Notes: generated by a model not told the origin, from the letters alone. A DNA stretch of 64,000 bases from an uncultured Methanosarcinales archaeon (GCA_964428335.1 CAYRXW010000005.1:79481-143480), one strand, 5' to 3'; shown: positions 38,722 to 49,113, counted from the first letter of the stretch. Made by a program: numbers and translations.

Positions 38722-39396
38722 TTATACAAGGGATGGATCTTTGCAACATCTAAAACCATCATCCACCACTGTTGTATTGCTAGGATGAAAATGAATTGAA
38801 TAACAATCATTTGAATAAACTAAAAAATCCCAAGTTCCATCAAAATATTGAATATTGTGTGTATTAATATTTAATGCTCCTCCTCTTAATATTTTCTGGC
38901 CATTGACCTCACCATCTACCCATTCAGCCACATTGCCGCTCATATCATAAACTCCACTTTCAGTTTTGCAATTTGGCGAATTTCCTGACTTATCTGATGC
39001 TTCTAATGTGAAATTAGCATAATAAGTATTGCATTTATCTTGGTCAAATATATTACCATATGGAAAACGATTATATGACCTCCCCTGACACGCTTTTTGC
39101 CATTCAATTTGCTTACAAAGCCTTTTACCTTCATTAATACATAATGATTTTGCTTGTGTCCAATCTACCTTAACCATTGGTTCACTACCTTCAATGTTTG
39201 GAAATTCAAATTTGTCTATACAATAATTATTCACATATTCTAAAACAGAATCATTCTCAAATAGTTGACCTGACAAATTCATTTCAAAATAACTACCCTT
39301 AATCAAAACCATATTTTCCGGGCAATTCTGCCTAGGTAACACCAAAATAGCCATACTAAAAAGTAGTAATACTGAAATCACTATTATTGGTCGCAT
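38722..39396 (-). CDS. FGE-sulfatase (SUMF1) domain exported protein
   Basis: Signal anchor, CPENMVLI, GKRLC, GVYDMSGNVAEW, RGG, GFRCC. Confidence 0.88.
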   Translation of the reverse strand: MRPIIVISVLLLFSMAILVLPRQNCPENMVLIKGSYFEMNLSGQLFENDSVLEYVNNYCIDKFEFPNIEGSEPMVKVDWTQAKSLCINEGKRLCKQIEWQKACQGRSYNRFPYGNIFDQDKCNTYYANFTLEASDKSGNSPNCKTESGVYDMSGNVAEWVDGEVNGQKILRGGALNINTHNIQYFDGTWDFLVYSNDCYSIHFHPSNTTVVDDGFRCCKDPSLV

Positions 39397-39572
39397 AATT
39401 TAATTCATTCTTACCACTATAAATATATTCTGATTTTATAATCGACGTGAAATCACCTTTGCGCACCAAACCGTTTAATATGATAAAAGAATGCTCAATA
39501 GTGCTAAATTTAGCATTAAATCATAATAATTCAGGCAAAAAATATAAACAAATTTCATTATTTCATTCCAAT

Positions 39573-41138
39573 ATGAACAAAGCTGTGTTTCTTGACAGAG
39601 ACGGTGTCATCAATGTTGATAAAAATTATGTCCATAAAATAACTGATTTTGAATTCATTGAAAATTCTGTTAAAGCTCTAAAGTCTTTTAAGGACATGGG
39701 CTATAAATTAATCATAATAACAAACCAGTCAGGAATAGGGAGAGGGCTTTATTCAATAAAAGACTATAAGATCCTAAAAAGACAGATAGATTTAAGCTTA
39801 CAGGTTGCAGGAATAAAGATTGATGCTGAATATTTCTGCCCACATTCTCCAGATGATAATTGCAGATGCAGAAAGCCAAGCAGTTTTCTGATAGAGAAGG
39901 CTGCAAAAAGGTTTAATATCAACCTTAAAGAATCATATTTTGTAGGGGACAAGACTTCTGATATAAAGGCAGGAAAAACTGCAGGGCTAAAAACAGTGCT
40001 TGTTAGGACAGGAAAAGGAGGCAAGGATAAAAAATACTATGTCTTGCCAGATATAACCACAGATAATCTTTATGATTTTTCAGAAAAATTAAGACATGAA
40101 TGGAATCCTAAAATCATTTATATTGGAAATTTCAGCTGGGAGAACCATCTTAGGGGAAGAAACCTTTTCAAAGGGCTGAAAGAGAATGATATAGAGGTAA
40201 AATTAATAAATGGAAAAAGATATTTCTCGATGCTTCTTGCACTCTTAAGAAAAGATTTTGATGTTGTTTTGACAACAGGAAAACCTCCGACACTGCTTGC
40301 AATACTTACCAGGTTTTGGCATAGGAAGAAGATATTTTTTGATGTCTACATAAGCGATTATGAGAATCTTGTCATGAACAGGAAGCTCGTAAAAGACGGC
40401 ACATGGAAAGCAAAGATGCTTTATTTCATAGATAAATATACCTGTGAAAAAACAGACTGTGTATTTTTGGATACTGATAAGCATGCTCAATGGTATTATA
40501 CTTTCTTTGGGCTTGACAAGAACAAATTTTCAAGCGTCCTTATAGGAAGTGATGATGAGAGGTTCCATGGGATAAAAGTAAAAAAGGGAAAGAAGTTCAA
40601 TGTGCTGTTCTTTGGAAGCTTTGTTCGCGGACATGGGATTGATGTCATCCTCAGGTCTGCAAAGCTTCTGGAAAAAGAAAATATTGAATTTGTCTTTGCT
40701 GGCAAGGGGATTGTTTTTGATGAGATGGTTCAACTTTCTAAGAAGCTTGAATGCAAAAATGTGGAGTTTTTAGGTTGGATAGAGCAAAAAGAATTACCGA
40801 AATTAATTGCAAAATGCGATGTGTGTCTTGGCGTGTTCGACCCTAATGAGATAAAGATAAGGAGAAGCATTCCTACCAAGCTTTTTGAATGCGCCCCTAT
40901 GAAAAAAATACTTATTACTGGAGATACGCCTGGGATGGAAGGCATCATGGAACATAAGGTAAACGGGATGCTCCCTAAACTAGGAGATGAGAAAGATCTT
41001 GCGAGTTGCATACTTGAAATCTATAAAGACAAAAAACTCAAAGCTGCAATGGAGAAGAACACTTATAAGTTATATGAAGAGAAGTTCAAGACAAAGATGA
41101 TCGGAAAGCAGTTATTGGATCTGATAAGAAAAGAATAA
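39573..41138 (+). CDS. Fusion of heptose-1,7-bisphosphate phosphatase (GmhB) and a GT4 glycosyltransferase
   Basis: AVFLDRDGVIN, TNQSGIGRG, CPH..CRCRKP, VGDKTSD, then a GT-B domain (HGIDVIL, PTKLFE); true start likely 39573. Confidence 0.9.
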   Translation: MNKAVFLDRDGVINVDKNYVHKITDFEFIENSVKALKSFKDMGYKLIIITNQSGIGRGLYSIKDYKILKRQIDLSLQVAGIKIDAEYFCPHSPDDNCRCRKPSSFLIEKAAKRFNINLKESYFVGDKTSDIKAGKTAGLKTVLVRTGKGGKDKKYYVLPDITTDNLYDFSEKLRHEWNPKIIYIGNFSWENHLRGRNLFKGLKENDIEVKLINGKRYFSMLLALLRKDFDVVLTTGKPPTLLAILTRFWHRKKIFFDVYISDYENLVMNRKLVKDGTWKAKMLYFIDKYTCEKTDCVFLDTDKHAQWYYTFFGLDKNKFSSVLIGSDDERFHGIKVKKGKKFNVLFFGSFVRGHGIDVILRSAKLLEKENIEFVFAGKGIVFDEMVQLSKKLECKNVEFLGWIEQKELPKLIAKCDVCLGVFDPNEIKIRRSIPTKLFECAPMKKILITGDTPGMEGIMEHKVNGMLPKLGDEKDLASCILEIYKDKKLKAAMEKNTYKLYEEKFKTKMIGKQLLDLIRKE

Positions 41139-41143
41139 AAAAT

Positions 41144-41815
41144 TTATTCCTTGTATTTGAATTCAACCTTCTTGAAGTATAATTTTCCTTTCTCATCTTC
41201 CAGGAATGCGTTAGGATAAGGGTCTTCAAGGCCGCGCATAAAGTTATACAGTTTTTCTGTGTCCCATTTTCCAAACATTTCTTTTGACATCTTTGAATCT
41301 TTAGGCTGCCTTCTTGGAACCTGTTCTTTTTGCTCAGGCCATTTTTTCCATTCCAGGTCTGGATATTCAAACAGGAACTTGTTATATAGGTGGATGCATG
41401 TTGCCTTCAGCTGCAGGAATATCTCATCTATGTTTCCTGATATGTCAAGATCAACTTCTGTTGAATATTCCCTCAGGCTCAGTTCAGGGTATCCTACCCT
41501 TACCATCCTGTGCTTTGTGAATTTCAATCCATCAATTATCTGGTTCTGCAAAGGACTACCGGGAGAATACCTGTCAAGCTCTGCGCAGTGGGCTGTGAAT
41601 GTAGGTATTTTTTCTACAACTTCCTTTACTGGCTCAAATGACCAGCCGCAGAATAAGATCATGTCATACTTGTCTTTTTTCAGCTCTTCCTGCATCTCTT
41701 CTGTTGACTTGCATAATACTGCTTTTTTCACTTTCGGATGCTTTGCAACATATGGATATACTTCTATTGCCCAGTCCCTGTATGCCAAGAATAATAGTTT
41801 AAACATTGCTTTCAC
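41144..41815 (-). CDS. Degenerate formyltransferase-like protein (paralog of the upstream gene)
   Basis: YRDWA, GSPLQNQI, RGLEDPYPNAF; HCAELDRYSP in place of HPSDLP.YRG. Confidence 0.75.
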   Translation of the reverse strand: MKAMFKLLFLAYRDWAIEVYPYVAKHPKVKKAVLCKSTEEMQEELKKDKYDMILFCGWSFEPVKEVVEKIPTFTAHCAELDRYSPGSPLQNQIIDGLKFTKHRMVRVGYPELSLREYSTEVDLDISGNIDEIFLQLKATCIHLYNKFLFEYPDLEWKKWPEQKEQVPRRQPKDSKMSKEMFGKWDTEKLYNFMRGLEDPYPNAFLEDEKGKLYFKKVEFKYKE

Positions 41816-42443
41816 CTTTTACGAATTTTACTTCCTTAAAATATAACTTATTGCCTTTCTCGTCTTCAATATATGCATTAGGATAAGGGTCGCCAAGAGC
41901 GCGTATGATATTATATGATTTTTGCAGATCTTTCCTGAATATTTCCGGATCAAGCTTACTTTCGTTTTCTTTTCTTCGTTTTAATGTCTTTCCAACACCT
42001 TGAGGCTCTATTTTTATGCTAGGATAAACTTTTGCTAAATAAGTTCCAAGTTCTATTGTGCATCTTGTAAGCTCTTTGAATATTTCCTGCATGTTGCCTT
42101 CAAGCGAAATAGGTGTTTTTTTTACAATACCACCTTTATCAATGCCTGGAGCGATTTCAAATAATGAGCATTTTGTGCTTGTTATCCCGTCTATTATCTG
42201 GTTCTGCAAGGGTGAACCGCCACGGTAATCAGGAAGGTCTGAAGGGTGTATGCCAAAGAATTTTACTTTTTTTAACAGTTCATCTGGGATTAACCAACTC
42301 CAGCCTGCTAGAAGTATGAACTCATATTTTTTCAAATCTATTTTTAATAGCTCTTCCTGGGATTTGCAGATTTCAAACCCATGCTGCTTTAAGTCATTAT
42401 ATGCATTCAATGCCCAGTCCCTATAGCCGCAAAATAGCCTCAT
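41799..42443 (-). CDS. Short Fmt-like sugar N-formyltransferase
   Basis: GWSW, HPSDLPDYRGGSPLQNQI, IDKG, RALGDPYPNAY. Confidence 0.85.
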   Translation of the reverse strand: MRLFCGYRDWALNAYNDLKQHGFEICKSQEELLKIDLKKYEFILLAGWSWLIPDELLKKVKFFGIHPSDLPDYRGGSPLQNQIIDGITSTKCSLFEIAPGIDKGGIVKKTPISLEGNMQEIFKELTRCTIELGTYLAKVYPSIKIEPQGVGKTLKRRKENESKLDPEIFRKDLQKSYNIIRALGDPYPNAYIEDEKGNKLYFKEVKFVKGESNV

Positions 42444-43621
42444 TTTTCATAGAATTCTTTTATTGTTTTTACGATATATTCTGCGTCTTCTTTTTTTACC
42501 CACCAGCAGCTTGGAATAGAGACATATTTTGATGTGAAATAATCAAGCCCTGGCCTAGGGATATCATCCTTGAACTCCTTAAAACAGCTGTAGACATCGT
42601 TCCTTGTGTGGACTATTGAATTATCAATGCCTTTCTTTTTTAGGTATTCAACAAATTCTTCCCTTCTGTCTGCAAGCAGTGTGTAAAGCCAATATGATGA
42701 CCTGGCACCCTGTTCCTGCCTTAGGACTTTTATCCCTTTTATTTTTGATAATTCTTTATTGTAGAACTCTCCGTTTCTCCTGCATATCTTGATGATTTTT
42801 TCTGTGCTCTTCAGATGCTCAAGCCCTATTGTTGCATCTATGTCATTCATATTGAATTTGTATCCCCATTCCTTGATGTCATAATACCATCTTAATTCCT
42901 CTTTTATCGCTGTTCTATCAAGGCCAAACCATCTTAATGCTCTTCCTCTCTTATGGTCTTCCTCGCTTTTACAGACAAGAGCTCCGCCGTCACCTGTAGT
43001 CAAGTGTTTTATTGCCTGGAATGAATACATCACAAAATCAGAATGGTTTCCTACTTTCTTCCCTTTATATTCTGAGCCAAATGCATGAGCTGCGTCTTCT
43101 ATGACTTTCAAATTATGATTTTTTGCAATCTCATTAATCCTATCTATGTTTCCAGGGTTTCCTGCCCAGTGCACGTATAAAATAGCTTTTGTCTTTTTTG
43201 TTATCAACCTTTCAATTGAATCTGGGTCTATGTTTCCTGTGTCTGCCAAAACATCTGACCACCTTATCCTTCCGCCCCTTGACATCACTGGCATGTTTGT
43301 TGCTACACAAGTCAATGGTGAAGATATCACTTCATCGCCTTCATTCACGCCAGCAAGCCTTAATGCAAGCTCTAATGCGTGAGTTCCTGCATCGATAGTA
43401 AGTATGTTTTTCACTCCTAAGAATTCTTTTAGCTTTTCTTCGAATGCTGCTACTTTAGGGCCCTGTGCAATGTATCCGGACATCAAGGTATCTCTTAATG
43501 GCTTCATGACTGATTTTGGCATGAATACCTTGAACAATGGGATTTTTCTTGCGCCTATTTCTACGTTTACTGAGTTTACAGGCTGGTTCACGAATTCAGA
43601 GGTCATCTTTTCCTGTGTCAT
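42440..43621 (-). CDS. DegT/DnrJ/EryC1/StrS sugar aminotransferase
   Basis: GTHALEL, VHWAG, IEDAAHA, SFQAIKHLTTGDGG. Confidence 0.95.
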   Translation of the reverse strand: MTQEKMTSEFVNQPVNSVNVEIGARKIPLFKVFMPKSVMKPLRDTLMSGYIAQGPKVAAFEEKLKEFLGVKNILTIDAGTHALELALRLAGVNEGDEVISSPLTCVATNMPVMSRGGRIRWSDVLADTGNIDPDSIERLITKKTKAILYVHWAGNPGNIDRINEIAKNHNLKVIEDAAHAFGSEYKGKKVGNHSDFVMYSFQAIKHLTTGDGGALVCKSEEDHKRGRALRWFGLDRTAIKEELRWYYDIKEWGYKFNMNDIDATIGLEHLKSTEKIIKICRRNGEFYNKELSKIKGIKVLRQEQGARSSYWLYTLLADRREEFVEYLKKKGIDNSIVHTRNDVYSCFKEFKDDIPRPGLDYFTSKYVSIPSCWWVKKEDAEYIVKTIKEFYEK

Positions 43622-44658
43622 GAATAAAGCCTCGCATAGTATTCCTCTCCTGCTGCAATATCTGCTTTCTTCAGGAGTTCTTTTATCTCTTCAATGCCTG
43701 TTATTTCTGATTTTGAAGAATATTCTATCACTTTTGATATTTTTGGCTGCTCTGCCCTTAAATAATCCTTTGACTGGCTTAAATTTCTTGTCTTGTCTTT
43801 TTCTATGATGAAATATTCACCTTTATCTATGCATCTTCTTCCTTCTTCTTCTGAAATAAGGATTTCATGTATTTTTTCTCCGGGGTAAATTCCTATTACC
43901 TCATATGTGAAGTTTTTATCATTTCCGTGCTTTTCAATATATAGAAGCCTTGCCAAATCAACTATTTTTATTGAGGGGGCTTTTTTTACAAAGATTTCCC
44001 CTCCTTCCATATGTTCTGTTGCAAAAAATACCAAATCTATTGCATCATCTAAAGTAAGCAAGAATCTTGTCATATCCTCATGTGTAACTGTTAATTTCTT
44101 GTTGTTTTTAATCAGGTTCCTGAAGAAAGGTATCACTGAACCTCGGGAATTCATTACATTCCCATATCTTACGCATGCAAACAGAGTATTCTGGTTTTTT
44201 GGGGAATAGTTTGCTGAAATCATTAATTTTTCCTGCAAGGCTTTTGTCATTCCCATGACATTTACTGGCTGAACTGCCTTATCTGTTCCTACAGCAACAA
44301 CTTTTTTCACATTGTTTTTTATTGCTGCATCAATAAGATTTTTTGCTCCTAAAATATTTGTTTTTATTGCTTCTTCAGGGCATTCCTCGCAGCTAGGGAC
44401 TTGTTTTAATGCTGCTGCATGATAGACTATATCAACGCCATGCATTGCCTCATCAAGCCTATGCTTGTCCCTAACATCTCCTACAAAAAACCTGAGGTTA
44501 GAAAAATCAGAATATGCAAGCTTCATGTCATACTGCTTTTTTTCATCCCTTGAATATATTCTTATTTCCTTTGGATTGTGCTCCTTTAGCCTTTTTAGAA
44601 TCCTATTTCCAAATGATCCTGTTCCGCCTGTTATAAGGATAGTCTTTCCATTAAGCAT
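43618..44658 (-). CDS. UDP-GlcNAc 4,6-dehydratase (FnlA/PseB/CapD family)
   Basis: TGGTGSFG, YSRDEKKQ, AALKQVP, TDKAV, RYGNVMNSRGSVIP, PGEKIHE. Confidence 0.93.
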   Translation of the reverse strand: MLNGKTILITGGTGSFGNRILKRLKEHNPKEIRIYSRDEKKQYDMKLAYSDFSNLRFFVGDVRDKHRLDEAMHGVDIVYHAAALKQVPSCEECPEEAIKTNILGAKNLIDAAIKNNVKKVVAVGTDKAVQPVNVMGMTKALQEKLMISANYSPKNQNTLFACVRYGNVMNSRGSVIPFFRNLIKNNKKLTVTHEDMTRFLLTLDDAIDLVFFATEHMEGGEIFVKKAPSIKIVDLARLLYIEKHGNDKNFTYEVIGIYPGEKIHEILISEEEGRRCIDKGEYFIIEKDKTRNLSQSKDYLRAEQPKISKVIEYSSKSEITGIEEIKELLKKADIAAGEEYYARLYS

Positions 44659-44722
44659 AATAAATGGGTTTGAATAGAAAAGCGTATATAAAGATTATGA
44701 TAGTGAAATCAAGAGTACAGAG

Positions 44723-45169
44723 TTATTCATCTGCTATTATGACTTCATCCATAGGAACATCCCATGGTTTTGGGGATAAATTAGTTATCTGGGATTTGAA
44801 GCATAGGCCTATTTTTTTTTCTTTTACATTTTTTAAGAACCTGTCAAAATAACCAAAGCCATGGCCTTTCCTATTTCCTGATAAATCAAAATTTACTCCT
44901 GGGATTATGAAAATTTCAATTTTTTCCTTTGGAAATTTTTCATTTTTTATTGGCTCAAGTATTTCGAATTTTCCTTTTTTTAAGTCACTAAAAGAGCTAA
45001 GTTTTATAGGGATTATTTCGTTTTTAGCTATTTTTGGAACAATAACTGTTTTTTCTTTTAGAAGTGTTTTTATGATTTCATGCGTATTTGGCTCATTTGG
45101 TTTTGAGACATAGATGAATATAACACTATGATTTTTACATTCATTTAGTATTTTTTTTATGTAATCCAT
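44723..45169 (-). CDS. 5-formyltetrahydrofolate cyclo-ligase (short form)
   Basis: NEP, ILEP, IPGVNFDLSGNRKGHGFGYFDRFL, PWDVPMD. Confidence 0.9.
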   Translation of the reverse strand: MDYIKKILNECKNHSVIFIYVSKPNEPNTHEIIKTLLKEKTVIVPKIAKNEIIPIKLSSFSDLKKGKFEILEPIKNEKFPKEKIEIFIIPGVNFDLSGNRKGHGFGYFDRFLKNVKEKKIGLCFKSQITNLSPKPWDVPMDEVIIADE

Positions 45170-45225
45170 TTAGTTTAGTTATATTTCAGAATGTTTATAT
45201 ATGTTTTTCATCTGCTTTTATAATT

Positions 45226-46035
45226 ATGATACTTGATGGTAAAAAAGTAAGTGAAGAAATAGGCAAAAGAATCAGAATAAAAGGAAATATCAAACTTTCT
45301 GTAATACTTGTTGGAAATAACGAATCATCAAGGATTTATGTAAATATGAAAAAGAAAAAATGTGAAGAATTTGGGATTTCCTGTGAGATACATGAATTTT
45401 CAGATAGTTCTGCTGAAAAAGATATAATAAGTAAAATTGAGAGCCTTAATAAGGATAAAACAGTAAATGGCATTTTAGTTCAGCTACCTTTGCCTATGCA
45501 TTTTGATACTAGAAAAATACTGGATAGAGTAAATGAGAATAAGGACGTTGATGGTCTTAGCTCAATAAATATGACAAAGATAATTTTAGGGGAAAAAGGA
45601 ATTGAACCTTGCACACCTAAAGGGATTTTTTCACTTCTTGAATATTATGACATTGATTTAAATGGAAAGGATGTCTGTGTCATTGGGTTTAGTAATACTG
45701 TAGGAAAGCCACTTGCAACCATGTGCATAAATAAGGGAGCTACTGTAACTGTTTGCCATATCAAAACAAAAGATTTGAAAAATCACACTTTAAAAGCAGA
45801 TATAATCATGACTGCTACAGGTGTTCCGAAATTAATTAAGGAAGATATGGTTAAACATGGAGCAGTTTTAGTTGATATTGGAATTTCAAAAGTTAATGGG
45901 AAAGTTATTGGCGATGCTGATTTTGATAATTTAAAAAATAAATGCTCTTTTATTACGCCTGTCCCTGGGGGAGTTGGGCCAATGACGATTATTTCTTTGA
46001 TTGAGAACTTGGCTAATCTAGAAAAAGCTGGTTAG
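45226..46035 (+). CDS. folD: Methylene-THF dehydrogenase/cyclohydrolase
   Basis: YVNMK, GILVQLPLP, KDVDG, PCTPKG, ITPVPGGVGPMT. Confidence 0.96.
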   Translation: MILDGKKVSEEIGKRIRIKGNIKLSVILVGNNESSRIYVNMKKKKCEEFGISCEIHEFSDSSAEKDIISKIESLNKDKTVNGILVQLPLPMHFDTRKILDRVNENKDVDGLSSINMTKIILGEKGIEPCTPKGIFSLLEYYDIDLNGKDVCVIGFSNTVGKPLATMCINKGATVTVCHIKTKDLKNHTLKADIIMTATGVPKLIKEDMVKHGAVLVDIGISKVNGKVIGDADFDNLKNKCSFITPVPGGVGPMTIISLIENLANLEKAG

Positions 46036-46986
46036 TTCTTTCATCCTGTGATATACAGTATGTTCTTTTATTACTCTTTTATAGCCTGCAAGTGAAATTT
46101 TATTCCTTTCAGCTTCGTTTTCCAAATAATATTTGCTTTTTTCAATTAATTATTCATTATCCTTGTATGTTGCTATCTCGTTTTTCCGGAATAGGTTAGG
46201 TATTTCCTTATAATAATCTGTAAGCATGAAAGATTTTGTTGAGGGGATATCAAATGTCCTTATGTTTACAGATTCCCTTGAATGGGTGAAATGGACATTT
46301 AAGTTTATTTTAGTTTCATTAAATATTTTACATATCTTTTTTGTATGGTTTATGTTCTTTGTTCCATTTAATGTCTCTTTTTTTACATTTTCATTTAAGA
46401 TTTCTGATTTCTCCCAGCCATATCCCCAAATTTTTAGGTTTTCTGCTTTTAAATTTGCCAAGACATCTTCCCTGTTTTTGTGATATGTTCCAATGAATGA
46501 TAAATCCTGTTGATATACCCTTTTAGTTTGAATTATTTGCTCTCTATATAGCTCTGTGTTTGTTGCACATGGAAGGTAATGCGCATTTTTATACCCGATT
46601 TCCTTTATTTTTTTTACATAGAATGGATCAAAAACAAAGAAATCATCGTACTCTTCAATGTTTTCAAGTTTTGTATTACCATAGATGCCTAGAGGGTCAT
46701 CCATGATGTAATTTGCTGTTTTTATGCCCGCATCAGAGATTTTTTCTATAATCCCTTTTTCCAGTTTTTCCCCTTTTAGGACCAAAACAAGGTCTGGATT
46801 CTCTTTTATGGCCTTATTTAGCATCAATTTGTTCATTATTTTGTTTGAAATGCTTAGTTTATGTAGATAGGAAAAACGGTAATTAAAGACGGAGACATCG
46901 TGTTTTAGCTTTTCCAAAGCTGATTTTACACCGTATTCGAAGGAAGGGGTTTTGGCTGATGATGGAGAGAGGAGGAGGATGTTCAT
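46018..46986 (-). pseudogene. CgeB-like glycosyltransferase interrupted by an in-frame TAA at 46150-46152
   Basis: LPCA, SFIGT, KINLN, NIRTFDIP; the frame continues LIEKSKYYLENEAERNKISLAGYKRVIKEHTVYHRM to TAG 46018. Confidence 0.8.
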
Positions 46987-47083
46987 GATATATTTAAAAA
47001 AATCAGTTAGTTTATTGATTTTTCTACTTTTTTCTATTTTACTTAATAAAGTTTAAAATATAATCTTGTTTTTTATTGATATT

Positions 47084-47992
47084 ATGAAGGTTTTAGTTAC
47101 TGGTGGAGCCGGTTTTATTGGAAGCAATATTGCAGTTGAACTTGAAAAAGAAGGTTTTGATGTTGTAATTTTAGATAACCTTTACTCTGGAAACTTAGAA
47201 AATTTAAAGGGATTTAAAGGAAAATTTATCGAACTTGATGTCTGTGATAAAAAAATGCTAAGCTTAAATACTAAATTTGACATATTGTTTCATGAAGCTT
47301 CAATTACTGACCCTAGGCATAATGATGATAAGGAAACTTATTCAAAAAATGTAGAAGGATTTAAAAATATATTAAAGCTTGCAAAAAAAGACAATGCAAA
47401 GCTTATCTATGCTTCTACTGCTAACCTCTATGGAAACGGTAAATTACCAATGGAGGAAGACCAGGAAAAAGAAATTATTTCAGTATATGGAAAATCAAAA
47501 CTTGAGATGGATAAAATTGCAGAAAACTTGTTTGATAAAATGCATATTATTGGTCTTAGGTATTTCAATGTATTTGGACCTAGAGAGAAATTTAAAGGCA
47601 GGCCAGCATCCATGATATATCATCTATGGAAACAGATTAAGGAAGGGAAAAACCCAAGACTTTTCAAATATGGTGAACAAGTTAGAGATCACATTTATGT
47701 AAAAGATGTAGTATCTGCAAATCTTCTTGCAATTAATGGAAAATCTGGAATTTATAATGTAGGAACAGGAATTGGTACAAGCTTTAATGAAGTTGTAACA
47801 ACAATTAATGAATTATTAGGTATGACAAATTCAACTGAATACTTTGATAATCCATATGACCTAAAAACATATCAAGCCAATACACTGGCAGACACAAAAA
47901 GAGCTGAGAAATTTTTGAAATTCAAGGCAAAGTATAAATTTAAAGAGGGTGTTATTGATTATTTAGAGTACCTTAATGAGGAAGAAAATTGA
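47084..47992 (+). CDS. hldD: ADP-L-glycero-D-manno-heptose 6-epimerase-like SDR
   Basis: TGGAGFIGSN, YASTANLYG, YGKSK, LRYFNVFGPRE.FKG..ASMI, RDHIYVKD, YQANTLAD. Confidence 0.8.
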   Translation: MKVLVTGGAGFIGSNIAVELEKEGFDVVILDNLYSGNLENLKGFKGKFIELDVCDKKMLSLNTKFDILFHEASITDPRHNDDKETYSKNVEGFKNILKLAKKDNAKLIYASTANLYGNGKLPMEEDQEKEIISVYGKSKLEMDKIAENLFDKMHIIGLRYFNVFGPREKFKGRPASMIYHLWKQIKEGKNPRLFKYGEQVRDHIYVKDVVSANLLAINGKSGIYNVGTGIGTSFNEVVTTINELLGMTNSTEYFDNPYDLKTYQANTLADTKRAEKFLKFKAKYKFKEGVIDYLEYLNEEEN

Positions 47993-49047
47993 AAGTTTTA
48001 ATCCTTAACCTTATACCAAATACAATAGGAGACACATTATTCCTCACTCCGCTTATTAATGTCTTAAAATCAAATGGACATGATGTGCATATAACTGTCT
48101 CTCCTTTGAATAAAATGCTCCTTGAGAACAACAAAGATATTTCTAAACTATATGTCATTCATGAACTTGAAGAACTTTCAAAAGAAATAGGAAAACTAAG
48201 AAAAGGTTTTGCATATTTCACTATGATTATTAAAATTGTTAATAGTTGCATTAAAGAAAAATATGATGCATGCCTTGTTGCTCAACCAAATTTTTTTGTA
48301 AGTCAAGCAATTCCTTTTCTTATAGGTGCAAAAAGAAAAATCGGATATCTATACAAAGGAGCAAAGCTATCATTCCTACTAACTGATAAAGTATACTTTG
48401 AAGAGGATGAAATTAAAAAGAGCAGAAGACATTATGTTGATTCTGTTCTTGATCTTGCTAGACCTCTTGGAATTAAACCAAAGAAAAAAGACAGAGTTGT
48501 AACACTCTCAGTTGATCATGAAACTGAAAAAAATATTTTATCTAAGTTCAATTATCTAACGAGGAAATATGTGTGCTTCCAGCCAGGTGCAAAATGGTTA
48601 AGAAAGCAGTGGCCAAAAGAACATTTTAAAAGACTTGGGGAAAAATTGATTGAGAAAAATTTTAAGATTATAATTTTAGGATCTAAAAACGAACATATGC
48701 TTGGTGAACACATTAAAAATAATAATGTAAATATTATAAATCTTTGCGGAAAGATAAATCTTTTAGAGGTTATTTGTATTATGAAGAATTCAAAAATTAA
48801 TATCTGTAATGATTCTGGGCTTGCACACATATCTTCTGCTATCAGCACTAAAACTGCTGTGATTTATGGAATTGCCCACCCTAGACACAGTGAACCACTT
48901 GGATCTGGAAAAGTAATTAAAATAATGAATATAAAAAAAATACCTCTTAGGATTTTGAGAGAAGATGAGACTGAAATAGGTATAAATTTAATGAAAAATA
49001 TTTCTGTTGAGAAAGTTTTCAATAAGATAAAATATGAAATGTTATAA
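47989..49047 (+). CDS. Glycosyltransferase family 9 (heptosyltransferase-like)
   Basis: IGDTLFLTP, PGAKWLRKQWP, NLCGK, NDSGLAHIS. Confidence 0.92.
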   Translation: MKVLILNLIPNTIGDTLFLTPLINVLKSNGHDVHITVSPLNKMLLENNKDISKLYVIHELEELSKEIGKLRKGFAYFTMIIKIVNSCIKEKYDACLVAQPNFFVSQAIPFLIGAKRKIGYLYKGAKLSFLLTDKVYFEEDEIKKSRRHYVDSVLDLARPLGIKPKKKDRVVTLSVDHETEKNILSKFNYLTRKYVCFQPGAKWLRKQWPKEHFKRLGEKLIEKNFKIIILGSKNEHMLGEHIKNNNVNIINLCGKINLLEVICIMKNSKINICNDSGLAHISSAISTKTAVIYGIAHPRHSEPLGSGKVIKIMNIKKIPLRILREDETEIGINLMKNISVEKVFNKIKYEML

Positions 49048-49113
49048 TACTTAATTTATAAATAAAAAGATCATATAGTCACACAAATCGCTTTAATTAG
49101 TCTGCCTTCAAAA

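Noticed and set aside
46150..46152. Stop-codon reassignment
   Set aside because: TAA, TAG and TGA all end intact genes elsewhere in the window; this is an isolated case
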